Assembly: GCA_046290465.1 (NCBI GenBank)
Contig: JBKAGP010000001.1
Coordinates: forward strand, 64,001-128,000
Direction of reading: 5' to 3'
DNA: 64,000 nt
DNA from: Planctomycetota bacterium
GTDB taxonomy: Bacteria > Planctomycetota > UBA1135 > UBA2386
The translations under genes were made by a program, and so were the position numbers. Shown piece by piece: positions 32,803-44,188 of the stretch. The notes under the pieces were generated by a model. It was not told the DNA's origin, searched no databases, and worked only from the letters and a program-made list of their open reading frames with translations. Numbering within the stretch: the stretch's first letter is position 1; each line of letters opens with the position of its first letter.

Positions 32803-34590
32803 ATGCGTCTTCATCCGTTGCGAACCGCAGCCCGAGCCCTGGTGCTGATCCTGCTCGCCGCCGCGCCGACCCTGACGGCGCAGCACTACACGCTGACCCT
32901 GCCGGCGCCAAACGACCCGGCGCCCAACGGTCGCTGGTTCGGCCAGGGCTGCGGCCCGGTGCCCGGCGACTTCCCGCAGGTGTGGGTGTCCCCGCAGTTG
33001 CTGCCGGGCCGCACCAGCATGATGACGCTCGAGAACCTGCCGGCGTCGTCGTTCGCGATGCTGCTGCTCGGCACCAGCGCAGAGGCGTGGGGGGCGGTGC
33101 CGCTGCCGCAGCCGCTCGATCCGCTCGGCGCGCCCGGCTGTGCGCTGTACGTCGCGCCGGACGCCCAACTCGCGTTCCCGACCGGTCCCGGCGCGGTCAC
33201 CGTGCCGGTGTCGGTGCCGCTGCAGCCCGCACTCGCTGCGCAGCCGCTGTTCTGCCAGCTGCTCTACGGCCACCCGGGCAACGCGCTCGGTCTCGGCCTC
33301 GGCAACGGCTACGCGACGCGGATCGGCGGCATGCCGACGCCGACGACCTGGGTGTCGTCGATCTCGCAGCACGGCGTGACGTTCCAGTTCGCGCAGCCGG
33401 TCGAGGCGGGCCGCTTCGCCAACGGCGACTGGTTCGTCGTCGGGCCGGTGACCGTCAGCGGCATGACGCCGCCGTGCGCGGTGCAGAACGGCCGCACCAT
33501 CCACGGCGCGATGGTCGACCCCGACCCGTCGACGCAGGACCACGGCTACGACTCGACGCTGTTCGACCCGCAGCACTACAGCAACGCGCGCAATGCGGCC
33601 TGGAACCTGTCGGCGCAGAACCCGCTGACGCTCGGCCCGAACCACTGCCTGGTCAAGGCGATCAGCAACTTCGACCCCAACCTGATGCCGGCGCTCGACA
33701 CCTGTGCGGTGCTGACCGTCGTCGACGTGGTGCCGCCGGAGGGCTCGTTCCGCCCGGCCTATGGCGGCGACCACGTGGTCCGCCACGCGGTCGACCAGAT
33801 CGACTGGAACGTGCTGCAGAACCTCGTCGCGGCGCCGGGCATGCCGGATCTGGCGACGACGATCGCCGGCTTCGAACGGCCGTGGCTCGACCACGCGCCG
33901 GGCTGGGCGACGCGCTTCATGCACCCGGTGCAGAACATGCCCGACTACGGCCGCGACCTCGCCGCCGCCTACAACGAGGCGGCGCTGATGTGCCAGACGG
34001 CCGGCAACCTGTCGCTGCGCAAGCAGCTGGCGACGCACCTGGTGCAGATCGGCATCGACTTCTACGGCAACCTCGAGGGCGGCGCCTCGTGGGAAGGCGT
34101 CGGCGGCCACGGCTCGGGCCGCAAGTTCCCGATCCTGTTCGCGGGCGCGCTGCTCGGCGACGTCGAGATGCTGCGCGTCGGCCACGACTACGTCTCGGGC
34201 CACCAGCCCAACGGCCAGTCTTCGACCTACTTCGGCGAGGACTGCCAGACGTTCTACGTCGAGCAGACCGGCCCCAACGAGTTCAACTGGGGCCACGGCG
34301 GCTACTCGTCGGCGCACGTCGGCCTGCCCGAGTTCGGTTTCTCGCACGCGCACTACCCGCAGAACGACGACGTCGTCTGGACCGGCAACTCGTACCGCCA
34401 GTGCTGCACCGCCAACGCGTGGATCGGCGCGGTCCTGTGCACGCGCATCCTCGGCCTCGTCGACGAGTGGAACCACCCGGCGCTGTTCGACTACACCGAC
34501 CGCTACGCGAGCATCGAAGCGACCGGCTGGACGATGTCGTGGAAGCCGTGGGTCGAGGACATGTGGACGGTCTACCGGCCGCAGTTCTGA
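32803..34590 (+). CDS. Secreted hypothetical protein (N-terminal ~130-aa shared module plus putative catalytic helical domain)
   Basis: Signal peptide; GAPGC module; C-terminal W/H/Y-rich domain (GGHGSGRKFPILFAG, YRQCC). Confidence 0.75.
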   Translation: MRLHPLRTAARALVLILLAAAPTLTAQHYTLTLPAPNDPAPNGRWFGQGCGPVPGDFPQVWVSPQLLPGRTSMMTLENLPASSFAMLLLGTSAEAWGAVPLPQPLDPLGAPGCALYVAPDAQLAFPTGPGAVTVPVSVPLQPALAAQPLFCQLLYGHPGNALGLGLGNGYATRIGGMPTPTTWVSSISQHGVTFQFAQPVEAGRFANGDWFVVGPVTVSGMTPPCAVQNGRTIHGAMVDPDPSTQDHGYDSTLFDPQHYSNARNAAWNLSAQNPLTLGPNHCLVKAISNFDPNLMPALDTCAVLTVVDVVPPEGSFRPAYGGDHVVRHAVDQIDWNVLQNLVAAPGMPDLATTIAGFERPWLDHAPGWATRFMHPVQNMPDYGRDLAAAYNEAALMCQTAGNLSLRKQLATHLVQIGIDFYGNLEGGASWEGVGGHGSGRKFPILFAGALLGDVEMLRVGHDYVSGHQPNGQSSTYFGEDCQTFYVEQTGPNEFNWGHGGYSSAHVGLPEFGFSHAHYPQNDDVVWTGNSYRQCCTANAWIGAVLCTRILGLVDEWNHPALFDYTDRYASIEATGWTMSWKPWVEDMWTVYRPQF

Positions 34591-34642
34591 GCAAGGCGTT
34601 CGGAACCGGCAGGCCCGCGGCGCTCTGGTTGCGGCACCGGGG

Positions 34643-36460
34643 ATGCTCCGTTCCGCGCCACTGCTCACGATGTCCGCCGTCGTCGTCGCGTCGCTCGCGG
34701 CCGCGTGGGGGCTGTACTGCTGGTGGACGTTTGCGCCGGACCTCGGCAACCGGCTGCGCGACGACGCCTACTACGAGTTCGTCTGGGCGATCAACTTCGC
34801 CGAGGGCCGCTGTGGCACCGTCAGTGACGGCGTGACGACGTCCGGCGTGCAGTGGCTGTGGACGCTGCTGCTGGCCGGGATCGCGTGGCTGTTCGGCAGC
34901 CAGGCGGTGCTGCTGGCGCCGTTCCTCGGCGGGGCATTGCACGTCGTCAACGCCGCGATCTGGTGGCGGCTGCCGCGGGACCGCGCCACCGGCGTGGTGC
35001 TGGCGCTGTGCTGGCTCGGCCATCCGCTGCTGTTGCGCGAGGCGCAGAACGGCCAGGAGACGGCGCTCGCGGTGCTCTGCGCCACCGGCGTCTACGCGCT
35101 GCGGCACGGCCGCGAACGGTCGTTCGTGCCGATGTGCATCCTGGCGACGCTGGCGCGCAGCGACCTGTTCGCGCTGGTGTTCGTGATGTCGCTGTGCCGC
35201 CACCGCCGCGCGCCGTTCTGCGCGCTGCCGGCGCCGGTGCTGTCGTTCGCGGCGCTGGCTGCGCTCAACCTGCACTTCGGCGGCGGCCTGCTGCAGGACT
35301 CCGGCATGCCGATGTCGTGGCTGTGGCACCAGAACCTCGAGCAGGTCGCGGGCTTCTGGTCGAGCCAGTGGTGGTTCACGCGGCCGGTGCTGCTCGGCGG
35401 CCCGTTCGCGCTGGCGTCGACGTTCGGCTTCGGCCTGGTCGCGTTCCTGCTGATCCGGCCGTGGTGGCCGGCGGCGCTGCGGGTCGTGCCGGCGGTCGCG
35501 GTCGGCGCGGCGGCGTCGCTCGGCGTGCACGACCTCGCGACCGCCGGCTGGTGCGCGCTGCTGCTGGCGCTGTTCCCGGCGGTCAAGCTGCGGCCGATGC
35601 CGTGCTGGCTGCTGGCGGTCACCGTCGGCCTGGTGGCGATCGTCGTGCTGCACTGGGCGATCCGCTGGTACCCGCGCGACTACTACCTGGCGCCGCTGGT
35701 GGTGGCGGCGTTCGCGGCGATGCAGCGGCTCGGCCGGTGGCGGCTGCTGCTGCTGGCGTTCCCGATCGTGCAGCTGCAGGACAGCTGGCGGGTGCAGCCC
35801 GAACCGCTGGGTGGCCAGGCCGAGATGCGGCTGGCGGGGCAGCTGCTCGAACGCACGCTGCCGGCGAGCGAACGGGTCGGCTGCTTCAACAGCGGCATCG
35901 TCACCTGGTTCGACGCGTTCCCCGACCCCGTGCATCGCGACCGCCCGCGCGGCATCGTCAACCTCGACGGCGTCGTCGACCGCCGCAGCTTCGCGGCGCT
36001 GCAGGCGCACCGCCTCGGCGCCTGGCTCGACGAGCAGGGGGTGCGCTTCGTGCTCGACTCGCCGCACCAGTTCTCGCTCGACCCGGCGGTGCCGCACGCC
36101 TGCGGCCGGTTCTTCGGCGACGGTTTCGATCCGGACGTCGACCTGGTCGAGGTCGCGCGCTTCGACGTCGCCGGCGTGCACGGCGCGCTGCCGTCGTCCG
36201 ACAGCATGCGGCTCTACTGGCGGCGCGGTCGGGGGGCGCCGCCGGCTCGCTGGATCGAGCCCGGCACCCTGCGAAGCCTCGGTCCAGAGGAGGCGAGCCC
36301 GCGTCTTGTGCTGTGGGGGGCGCAGGCCGGCGCGTCGCTGCTGGCACGCTGGCCCGGCGGCGAACGGCTGCTGGCGCGGGTCGACGTCGACACCGCGGTG
36401 GTGCTGGAGCTTCCGTCCTCCCTGCCGGACGGCGCGAGCCTCCACATCGAGCGCCGCTGA
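34643..36460 (+). CDS. Polytopic membrane protein, GT-C glycosyltransferase-like
   Basis: DDAYYE acidic motif after TM1, NGQET, ARSD, RDYY, and periplasmic NSG..../NLDGVV. Confidence 0.65.
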   Translation: MLRSAPLLTMSAVVVASLAAAWGLYCWWTFAPDLGNRLRDDAYYEFVWAINFAEGRCGTVSDGVTTSGVQWLWTLLLAGIAWLFGSQAVLLAPFLGGALHVVNAAIWWRLPRDRATGVVLALCWLGHPLLLREAQNGQETALAVLCATGVYALRHGRERSFVPMCILATLARSDLFALVFVMSLCRHRRAPFCALPAPVLSFAALAALNLHFGGGLLQDSGMPMSWLWHQNLEQVAGFWSSQWWFTRPVLLGGPFALASTFGFGLVAFLLIRPWWPAALRVVPAVAVGAAASLGVHDLATAGWCALLLALFPAVKLRPMPCWLLAVTVGLVAIVVLHWAIRWYPRDYYLAPLVVAAFAAMQRLGRWRLLLLAFPIVQLQDSWRVQPEPLGGQAEMRLAGQLLERTLPASERVGCFNSGIVTWFDAFPDPVHRDRPRGIVNLDGVVDRRSFAALQAHRLGAWLDEQGVRFVLDSPHQFSLDPAVPHACGRFFGDGFDPDVDLVEVARFDVAGVHGALPSSDSMRLYWRRGRGAPPARWIEPGTLRSLGPEEASPRLVLWGAQAGASLLARWPGGERLLARVDVDTAVVLELPSSLPDGASLHIERR

Positions 36461-36509
36461 CCGCAGAACTTGGCCTGCGCTGGCGATTGCGCTCAACTGG
36501 TCGCCAGTC

Positions 36510-37490
36510 ATGAACCGCTTCACCCTCAGCGAACAGTTCTTCCGCGACCAGGCCAGCGCGCACGCGACCGGCGGCCTGTCGACGGTCCTCAACCGCATGA
36601 GCCTCGTCGCGCGCATGCTCGCCAGCGAGATCATGCGCGCCGGCTTCGTCGGCAAGCTCGGCTACACCGGCACCAGCAACGTGCAGGACGAGGACGTGCG
36701 CGAGCTCGACGTGATCAGCAACGACACCACGCTGCAGGTGTTCGAGAACATGCCGATGGTCGCGGCGATCGCGTCGGAGGAGATGGAGCACATGCAGGTG
36801 CTGCCCGGCGGCGAGGACGGCAAGTACCTGATCGCGATCGACCCGCTCGACGGCAGCGGCAACGTCGACGTCGCCGGCCAGATGGGCACGATCTTCGGCA
36901 TCTACAAGCGAGCCGAGATCGGCAAGCCGGTCGCCAAGGAAGAGTTCTTCCAGCCCGGCCGCAACCTGGTGGCGGCCGGCTACGTGCTCTACGGGCCGTG
37001 CACGATGATGGTCTACTCGGCCGGCGGCCCGGTGAACGGCTTCACGCTCGACCGCTCGATCGGCACGTTCTTCCTGACGCACCCCGACCTGAAGATCCCC
37101 GAGGGCAAGGGCGCCTACTCGGTCAACGAGGCCAACGAGATCCTGTGGGACGGCAAGACCAAGGACATGGTCGCGACGTTCCGTCGCCAGCAGGCCGACA
37201 GCGGCAAGCGCGCGGCGCGGTATGCCGGCGCGCTGGTCGGCGACTTCCACCGCACGCTGCTGAAGGGCGGCATCTACATGTATCCCGGCACCACCGACAA
37301 GCCGCAGGGCAAGCTGCGGTTGTTGTACGAGAACGCGCCGCTGGCATTCCTGTGCGAGCGGGCTGGTGGTGCGGCGAGTGACGGGGTGCGGCCGATTCTG
37401 GACGTCGTGCCGGAAGATCTGCACCAGCGCACGCCGTTGTTCATCGGGTCGAGGGGGGATGTGGAGGAGGTAGTGCGTCGCTTGGGCTGA
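36510..37490 (+). CDS. fbp: Fructose-1,6-bisphosphatase class 1
   Basis: SEE, DPLDGS, GTIFGIY, AAGYVLYG, RYAGALVGDFHRTLLKGG, GKLRLLYE. Confidence 0.95.
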   Translation: MNRFTLSEQFFRDQASAHATGGLSTVLNRMSLVARMLASEIMRAGFVGKLGYTGTSNVQDEDVRELDVISNDTTLQVFENMPMVAAIASEEMEHMQVLPGGEDGKYLIAIDPLDGSGNVDVAGQMGTIFGIYKRAEIGKPVAKEEFFQPGRNLVAAGYVLYGPCTMMVYSAGGPVNGFTLDRSIGTFFLTHPDLKIPEGKGAYSVNEANEILWDGKTKDMVATFRRQQADSGKRAARYAGALVGDFHRTLLKGGIYMYPGTTDKPQGKLRLLYENAPLAFLCERAGGAASDGVRPILDVVPEDLHQRTPLFIGSRGDVEEVVRRLG

Positions 37491-37519
37491 GCGCGCAGCG
37501 CTCAGCCCAAGCGACGCAC
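37473..37519. repeat. Perfect 22-bp hairpin formed by an inverted copy of the fbp 3' end
   Basis: GTGCGTCGCTTGGGCTGAGCGC-GCA-GCGCTCAGCCCAAGCGACGCAC, which includes the fbp TGA. Confidence 0.9.
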
Positions 37520-37762
37520 AGCGGGTACGCGAACGCGAAGCGTTCGCGGGCCCGCCACGAGCTCGGGCAAAGCCCGAGCGGGACGTTCGGGCCTCTGTGT
37601 ACTGTCGAGGCCGACGCGACGCTGATCGGGCGACCAGCCAAGCACAACCAGCCCCAGCCCCAGCCCCAGCCCCCAGCCCACCGACGCCCGAACTGCCGCT
37701 TGGGCTTTGCCCAAGCTTGTGGCGGACCGCGAACGCTTCGCGTTCGCGTACCCGCTGCGTGC
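37516..37762. repeat. REPIN/MITE-like element: ~75-bp imperfect inverted repeats, each with two internal hairpins, around a CAGCCC microsatellite
   Basis: Arms about 37516-37592 and 37686-37762; internal CGCGAACGC-GAA-GCGTTCGCG and GCT(C/T)GGGC-AAA-GCCC(G/A)AGC. Confidence 0.88.
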
Positions 37763-37781
37763 GCGGCTGCGCCGCGCCCGC

Positions 37782-39143
37782 TTACTGCCCGATCAGGGCT
37801 CGGCCGCCCCGGGTCGCACCGAGGAACACCGCCCCCGGACCGATCGTGAACGCCAACCCCTGACAGTACACCGACTGCCCCACCAGGCTCACCTGCGCCG
37901 GCAGCGGCACCGAGTAGCTGGCGACGCCACCGGTCGCCAGCGACACGTCGATCAGGTCGGCGCTCGCCAGCAGGCCACAGCCCGGCAGGCCGATCAGTGC
38001 CAGGTCGAACGGCAGCGGCAGGCCATTGAAGACCTGGTCGGACAGGCCGAGCACCCAGACCGCGCCGATCGACGTGCCGAGGTTGTTGGCGTCGAGGTTC
38101 AGCGTGGTGCCGATGTTCGGCGTCGTGCCGGTCAGGCCCGGGGTGCCGTTGGCGAGGTCGCAGGCGGCGCCGTAGAGGGAGAACACGCCGTCGGTGTTGC
38201 CGGTGAACTCCCACGTCTCGTTGCTGAAGCCGCCGCCGAAGCCGCCGAACAGCACGAACTTCTCGCGCAGTGGGTCATAGGCGCCGAGCGCTTCGGTGGC
38301 GTTGGTCGGGTTGTTGCCGGCCGGCGGCACGGTCGACCACTCGCCGCCCGAGTACTCGAGCGTCTGCTCGAGGATCGAGGTGCCGTCGAAGCCGCCGTAG
38401 TAGACGGTGCGCGAGCGGTTCGAGTCGTAGACCATCGAGCCGCGGAAGCGCGGCGCCGGGCTGCTCGCCGGGCTGACGTCGACCCAGTCGACGCCGTCGA
38501 ACCACCAGGTGTCGCCGAAGATCGTCTGGGTGCTCTCGTCGCAGCCGCCGAACATCACCACGCGGTTGAGCGAGGCGTCGAACACCATGCCCATCTCCTC
38601 GCGCGCCGCCGGCGTGTTGGCGGTGACGACCTGCGTCCAGTTGGTGCCGTCGAACTCCCACGTCTGGTTGTTCGGCGCGAAGCCGCTGCGGCCGCCGAAC
38701 AGCACCACGACGTTGCGGTTCGAGTCGTAGGCCATGCCGTAGAGGAAGCGCGCGCTCGGCGCGTTGGCGGTCGGGATGACCGTCCACGAGTTGCCCGTCC
38801 ACGCGCGCGTGTCGTTGGCCAGCGAACTGATCGTCGGCGAGCGGCCGCCGAACGTGATCAGCCGGTTGTTGGTCGTGTCGGTGACCATCTGGTGGCCCCA
38901 GCGCGCGGTCGCGCCGACCGGAGCCAGCTGCGTCCACTGGCCGTTGAACGACCACATCTCGTTGGTCGACTGGCTCGGCGTCGCGGTCAGGCCGCCGTAG
39001 ATCAGCACGCGGTTGGTGTTGGGATCGAACGCGGCGGCGCCCGAGCGGCGCGGCGACGGCGAGTTGGGCGGCGACTGCTGCGCCCACTGCGCAGGAAGCG
39101 CGGTGACCAACGCCAGGAGCGGGAGAAGCTTGATGGAACGCAT
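37782..39143 (-). CDS. Secreted Kelch/beta-propeller protein with C-terminal ~130-aa shared module
   Basis: Signal peptide; about six YD..r.rvvLFGG....TWE.dG..W repeats; C-terminal LPFDLALIGLPGC module. Confidence 0.85.
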   Translation of the reverse strand: MRSIKLLPLLALVTALPAQWAQQSPPNSPSPRRSGAAAFDPNTNRVLIYGGLTATPSQSTNEMWSFNGQWTQLAPVGATARWGHQMVTDTTNNRLITFGGRSPTISSLANDTRAWTGNSWTVIPTANAPSARFLYGMAYDSNRNVVVLFGGRSGFAPNNQTWEFDGTNWTQVVTANTPAAREEMGMVFDASLNRVVMFGGCDESTQTIFGDTWWFDGVDWVDVSPASSPAPRFRGSMVYDSNRSRTVYYGGFDGTSILEQTLEYSGGEWSTVPPAGNNPTNATEALGAYDPLREKFVLFGGFGGGFSNETWEFTGNTDGVFSLYGAACDLANGTPGLTGTTPNIGTTLNLDANNLGTSIGAVWVLGLSDQVFNGLPLPFDLALIGLPGCGLLASADLIDVSLATGGVASYSVPLPAQVSLVGQSVYCQGLAFTIGPGAVFLGATRGGRALIGQ

Positions 39144-39261
39144 AGGTGTACGCATTGGGCCGGCCCGAGCGGGAACTCGGGGCATTACGGCGAAGGAGAG
39201 GGGCGTAAGGAATCTAGCCCAAGCGTGGCGCGCGCGCCTGCTGCCTATGCAGAATGTCCGG

Positions 39262-39975
39262 ATGCCTGATTCCGGTGCGCCGATCCGCGTGACCCTTCGC
39301 TGCTTCGCCGCGGTGCGAGAGACCCTTGGTACCGACCAGTTGTCGGTCGAGCTCGAACCGGGCACGACCGTGCACGGTCTGCGGGAAAAGCTCGCCGAAC
39401 AACATCCGGCGCTGCTGCGCGTGCCGGTCGCCTTCGCCGTCAACCGCGACTACGCGCGCGCCGAGTCGGTGCTGCGCGACGGCGACGAGGTCGCGTTCAT
39501 CCCGCCGATCAGCGGCGGCTCCGGCGACAAGGAGCTGTATCGCTTCGACCTGACCGACGGCGTCATCGATCCGCGTGCGCTCGAGGCCGAGTGCCGCACC
39601 GACCGCGACGGCGCGATCGTGACGTTCGCCGGCACGACGCGCGACCACAACGAAGGCGCCGAGGTGCTCTCGCTCAGCTACGAGACCTACACCGAGATGG
39701 CGCAGCGCGTCATGTGCGGCCTGTTCGAGGAAGCGATCAAACGGTTCCCGATCACGCGGGCGCGCGTCGTGCATCGACTCGGCGAGGTGCCGGTCGGCGA
39801 GGCTTCGGTCGTGGTCGTGGTCGCGTCGCCGCACCGCGGCCCGGCGTTCGACGCCTGCCGCTTCCTGATGGACCGGCTCAAGAACGAGGTGCCGATCTGG
39901 AAGCGCGAGAAGCTGCGCGACGGCAGCGGCGAGCGTTGGATCGGCGACCTGCCCAAGCCCGGCGGCGACGCATAG
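39262..39975 (+). CDS. moaE: Fused molybdopterin synthase MoaD-MoaE (MoaX-like)
   Basis: MoaD: FAAVRE, AVN..Y, GDEVAFIPPISGG (internal GG ends at 39519); MoaE: GAIVTFAGTTR, HRLG, SPHR, LKNEVPIWKRE. Confidence 0.92.
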   Translation: MPDSGAPIRVTLRCFAAVRETLGTDQLSVELEPGTTVHGLREKLAEQHPALLRVPVAFAVNRDYARAESVLRDGDEVAFIPPISGGSGDKELYRFDLTDGVIDPRALEAECRTDRDGAIVTFAGTTRDHNEGAEVLSLSYETYTEMAQRVMCGLFEEAIKRFPITRARVVHRLGEVPVGEASVVVVVASPHRGPAFDACRFLMDRLKNEVPIWKREKLRDGSGERWIGDLPKPGGDA

Positions 39976-40092
39976 CGGCGCGCAGCCGGAGCCCCGGTCG
40001 GTGCGGAACGGCGCGCTGCGCCGACCCGGCCGGATCGGCGAGTCGAGTACTCGTTGGCCTGGCCGTGTGCTGGCGGCTACAAACACGGGCGT

Positions 40093-41586
40093 ATGAAGAT
40101 CCGCCATGTGTCGGCCGCGCAGGGAAGTCGCGGGGATGCCTGTTTCGTTCTGGCTTCGGATGGTCGCGTCGACGCGGGCGATGCGCTGGCATCGGCGCTG
40201 CGCGCGGCCAAGGCGACGGGCGACCTGAAGACGTCGTTCCGCCAGGTCTCGGTGTTCCACCAGCCGAAGGGCTCGGGCCGCAAGCGGCTCGGCGTCGTTG
40301 GCATGGGCAAGGCGCAGGACGTGCAGACCGAGCAGCTGCGGCGCGCCGCGGCGCTGGCGCAGGGCCGGGCCGAGGAGCTGGAGGTCGCCGAGCTGTCGCT
40401 GGTGGTGCCGGCCAACGTGATCCGCAAGAGCAAGCCGCTGCTGGCCGGCATGGCGATCGGCGAGGGCCTGGTGCTCGGCGCCTACCGCTACGAGCCGCCG
40501 CGCAAGGACAAGGCGCCGAAGCGCCACGCGCAGCGCTGCGCGGTCGCGACCGTCGGCCTGACCGCTGGCGACGACAAGGAGTTCGCGCGCGGGCTCAAGC
40601 TCGGCGCGCTGGCGGCGGAGGGCACCGTGTTCGCGCGCGACCTCGAGAACCAGCCGGCCAACATCCTGACGCCGGCCGCGATGGCGAGCCAGGCACGGCG
40701 CCTCGCCGGTGGCCGCCTGACGGTCAAGGTGCTCGACGAGAAGGCGATGGCCAAACTCAAGATGGGCTCGCTGCTGGGCGTGTCGCGCGGCAGCAAGCTG
40801 CCGGCCAAGCTGATCGTGTTCGAGTACAAGACGCCTGGCGCCAAGGGCAACGTCGCGATCCTCGGCAAGGGCCTGACGTTCGACAGCGGCGGCATCAGCA
40901 TCAAGCCGTCGGCGCGCATGGACGAGATGCGCTACGACATGTGCGGTGCCGGCGCGGTGATGGGCCTGTTCCACGCGCTCAGCAAGGGGGCGCTCGGCAC
41001 GCACAAGCCGAAGAAGAACGTCATCGGCGTGATCGCCGCCGCGGAGAACATGCCCGACGCCGACGCGCAGCGGCCCGGTGACGTGGTCACCGCGATGGAC
41101 GGGCAGACGATCGAGGTGCTCAACACCGACGCCGAGGGCCGGCTGGTGCTCGCCGACGCGATCTGCTACGCGAAGAAGTTCTACCAGCCGGAGAAGATGT
41201 GCGACCTGGCGACGCTGACCGGCGCCGTCGTCGTCGCGCTCGGCCACGAGATGGCCGGCATCATGGGCAGCGACCAGAAGCTGATCGACGACCTGATCGA
41301 CGCCGGTGACGTCGCCGACGAGCCGCTCTGGCAGCTGCCGCTGTGGCAGTGCCACAAGGACCAGGTGAAGAGCAAGTTCGCCGACCTCGCCAACATCAAC
41401 TCGCCCGGCCACGGCAACGGCTCGACCGCCGGCGGTGCGTTCTTGAGCTACTTCGTCGGCGACACGCCGTGGGCGCACCTCGACATCGCCGGTGCCGCCT
41501 ATGGCTGCCTCGCCAAGGACTACTACAAGGGCGGCGCCAGCGGCACCGCGGTGCGCACGCTGCTGCACTGGATCCGCACGCTCTGA
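40093..41586 (+). CDS. pepA: Leucyl aminopeptidase (M17)
   Basis: [50 protein letters not shown]. Confidence 0.93.
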   Translation: MKIRHVSAAQGSRGDACFVLASDGRVDAGDALASALRAAKATGDLKTSFRQVSVFHQPKGSGRKRLGVVGMGKAQDVQTEQLRRAAALAQGRAEELEVAELSLVVPANVIRKSKPLLAGMAIGEGLVLGAYRYEPPRKDKAPKRHAQRCAVATVGLTAGDDKEFARGLKLGALAAEGTVFARDLENQPANILTPAAMASQARRLAGGRLTVKVLDEKAMAKLKMGSLLGVSRGSKLPAKLIVFEYKTPGAKGNVAILGKGLTFDSGGISIKPSARMDEMRYDMCGAGAVMGLFHALSKGALGTHKPKKNVIGVIAAAENMPDADAQRPGDVVTAMDGQTIEVLNTDAEGRLVLADAICYAKKFYQPEKMCDLATLTGAVVVALGHEMAGIMGSDQKLIDDLIDAGDVADEPLWQLPLWQCHKDQVKSKFADLANINSPGHGNGSTAGGAFLSYFVGDTPWAHLDIAGAAYGCLAKDYYKGGASGTAVRTLLHWIRTL

Positions 41587-41641
41587 GCCGCACTCGCCAG
41601 CCGAACCCGTCGCCAGCGAGAATCCGTCCGTCGCCAGCAAC

Positions 41642-43587
<1,946 letters not shown>

Positions 43588-43591
<4 letters not shown>

Positions 43592-43950
43592 GCGGGCTCG
43601 CGCCGCGGCTGCACGAAGGCATCTACGCGTTCGTCTGCGTGCCCGAGGCGACGCCGACCACGGGGCTGGGCGTGGTCGCCACGGTGCGCGAAGCCGAAGG
43701 GCGCACGCTGGTGCTGCCGGTCGCCGTGGCCGAGGCGCAGGGCTTCGAGGTGCTCTGGCGCAGCCGCTGGATCACGCTGGAGCTGCCGACCGGGCTGTCG
43801 ATGGTGGGGCTGACGGCCCGCTTCGCGGCCGCGCTGGCAGAAGACGGTGTTCCGTGCAATGTGTTCGCGGGGGCGCATCATGACCACGTGTTCGTGCCCG
43901 AGCCGGACGGCCCGCGCGCGCAGGCCCTGTTGGCTGCCCTGTCCGTGTAG
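43588..43950 (+). CDS. ACT-domain protein (DUF2241/ACT_7-like)
   Basis: GTGA overlap; REAEG.TL, ITL....L..VGLTA.FA.AL...[16 protein letters not shown]. Confidence 0.8.
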
Positions 43951-44188
43951 GCCTGGTTCGCTAGGTCCGATGGCATCGGACGTCCGGTGTGGGGGCGCTT
44001 GTGGACAAATGTGGGGGAAAAGCCTGTAGAAAAGCTGGACACTCATTCGCGCCGCAGCAATAACACCGCAGTCCATCCCGGTCAGAGATTGGACGACGGC
44101 GGTTAGCAGGGACCTCTCGGACACACCCTGTGCTCCTCGCGCAAGCGACCCAGCCTCGTCGGACCTGCTGGCTCCACAAGGTGCACAC

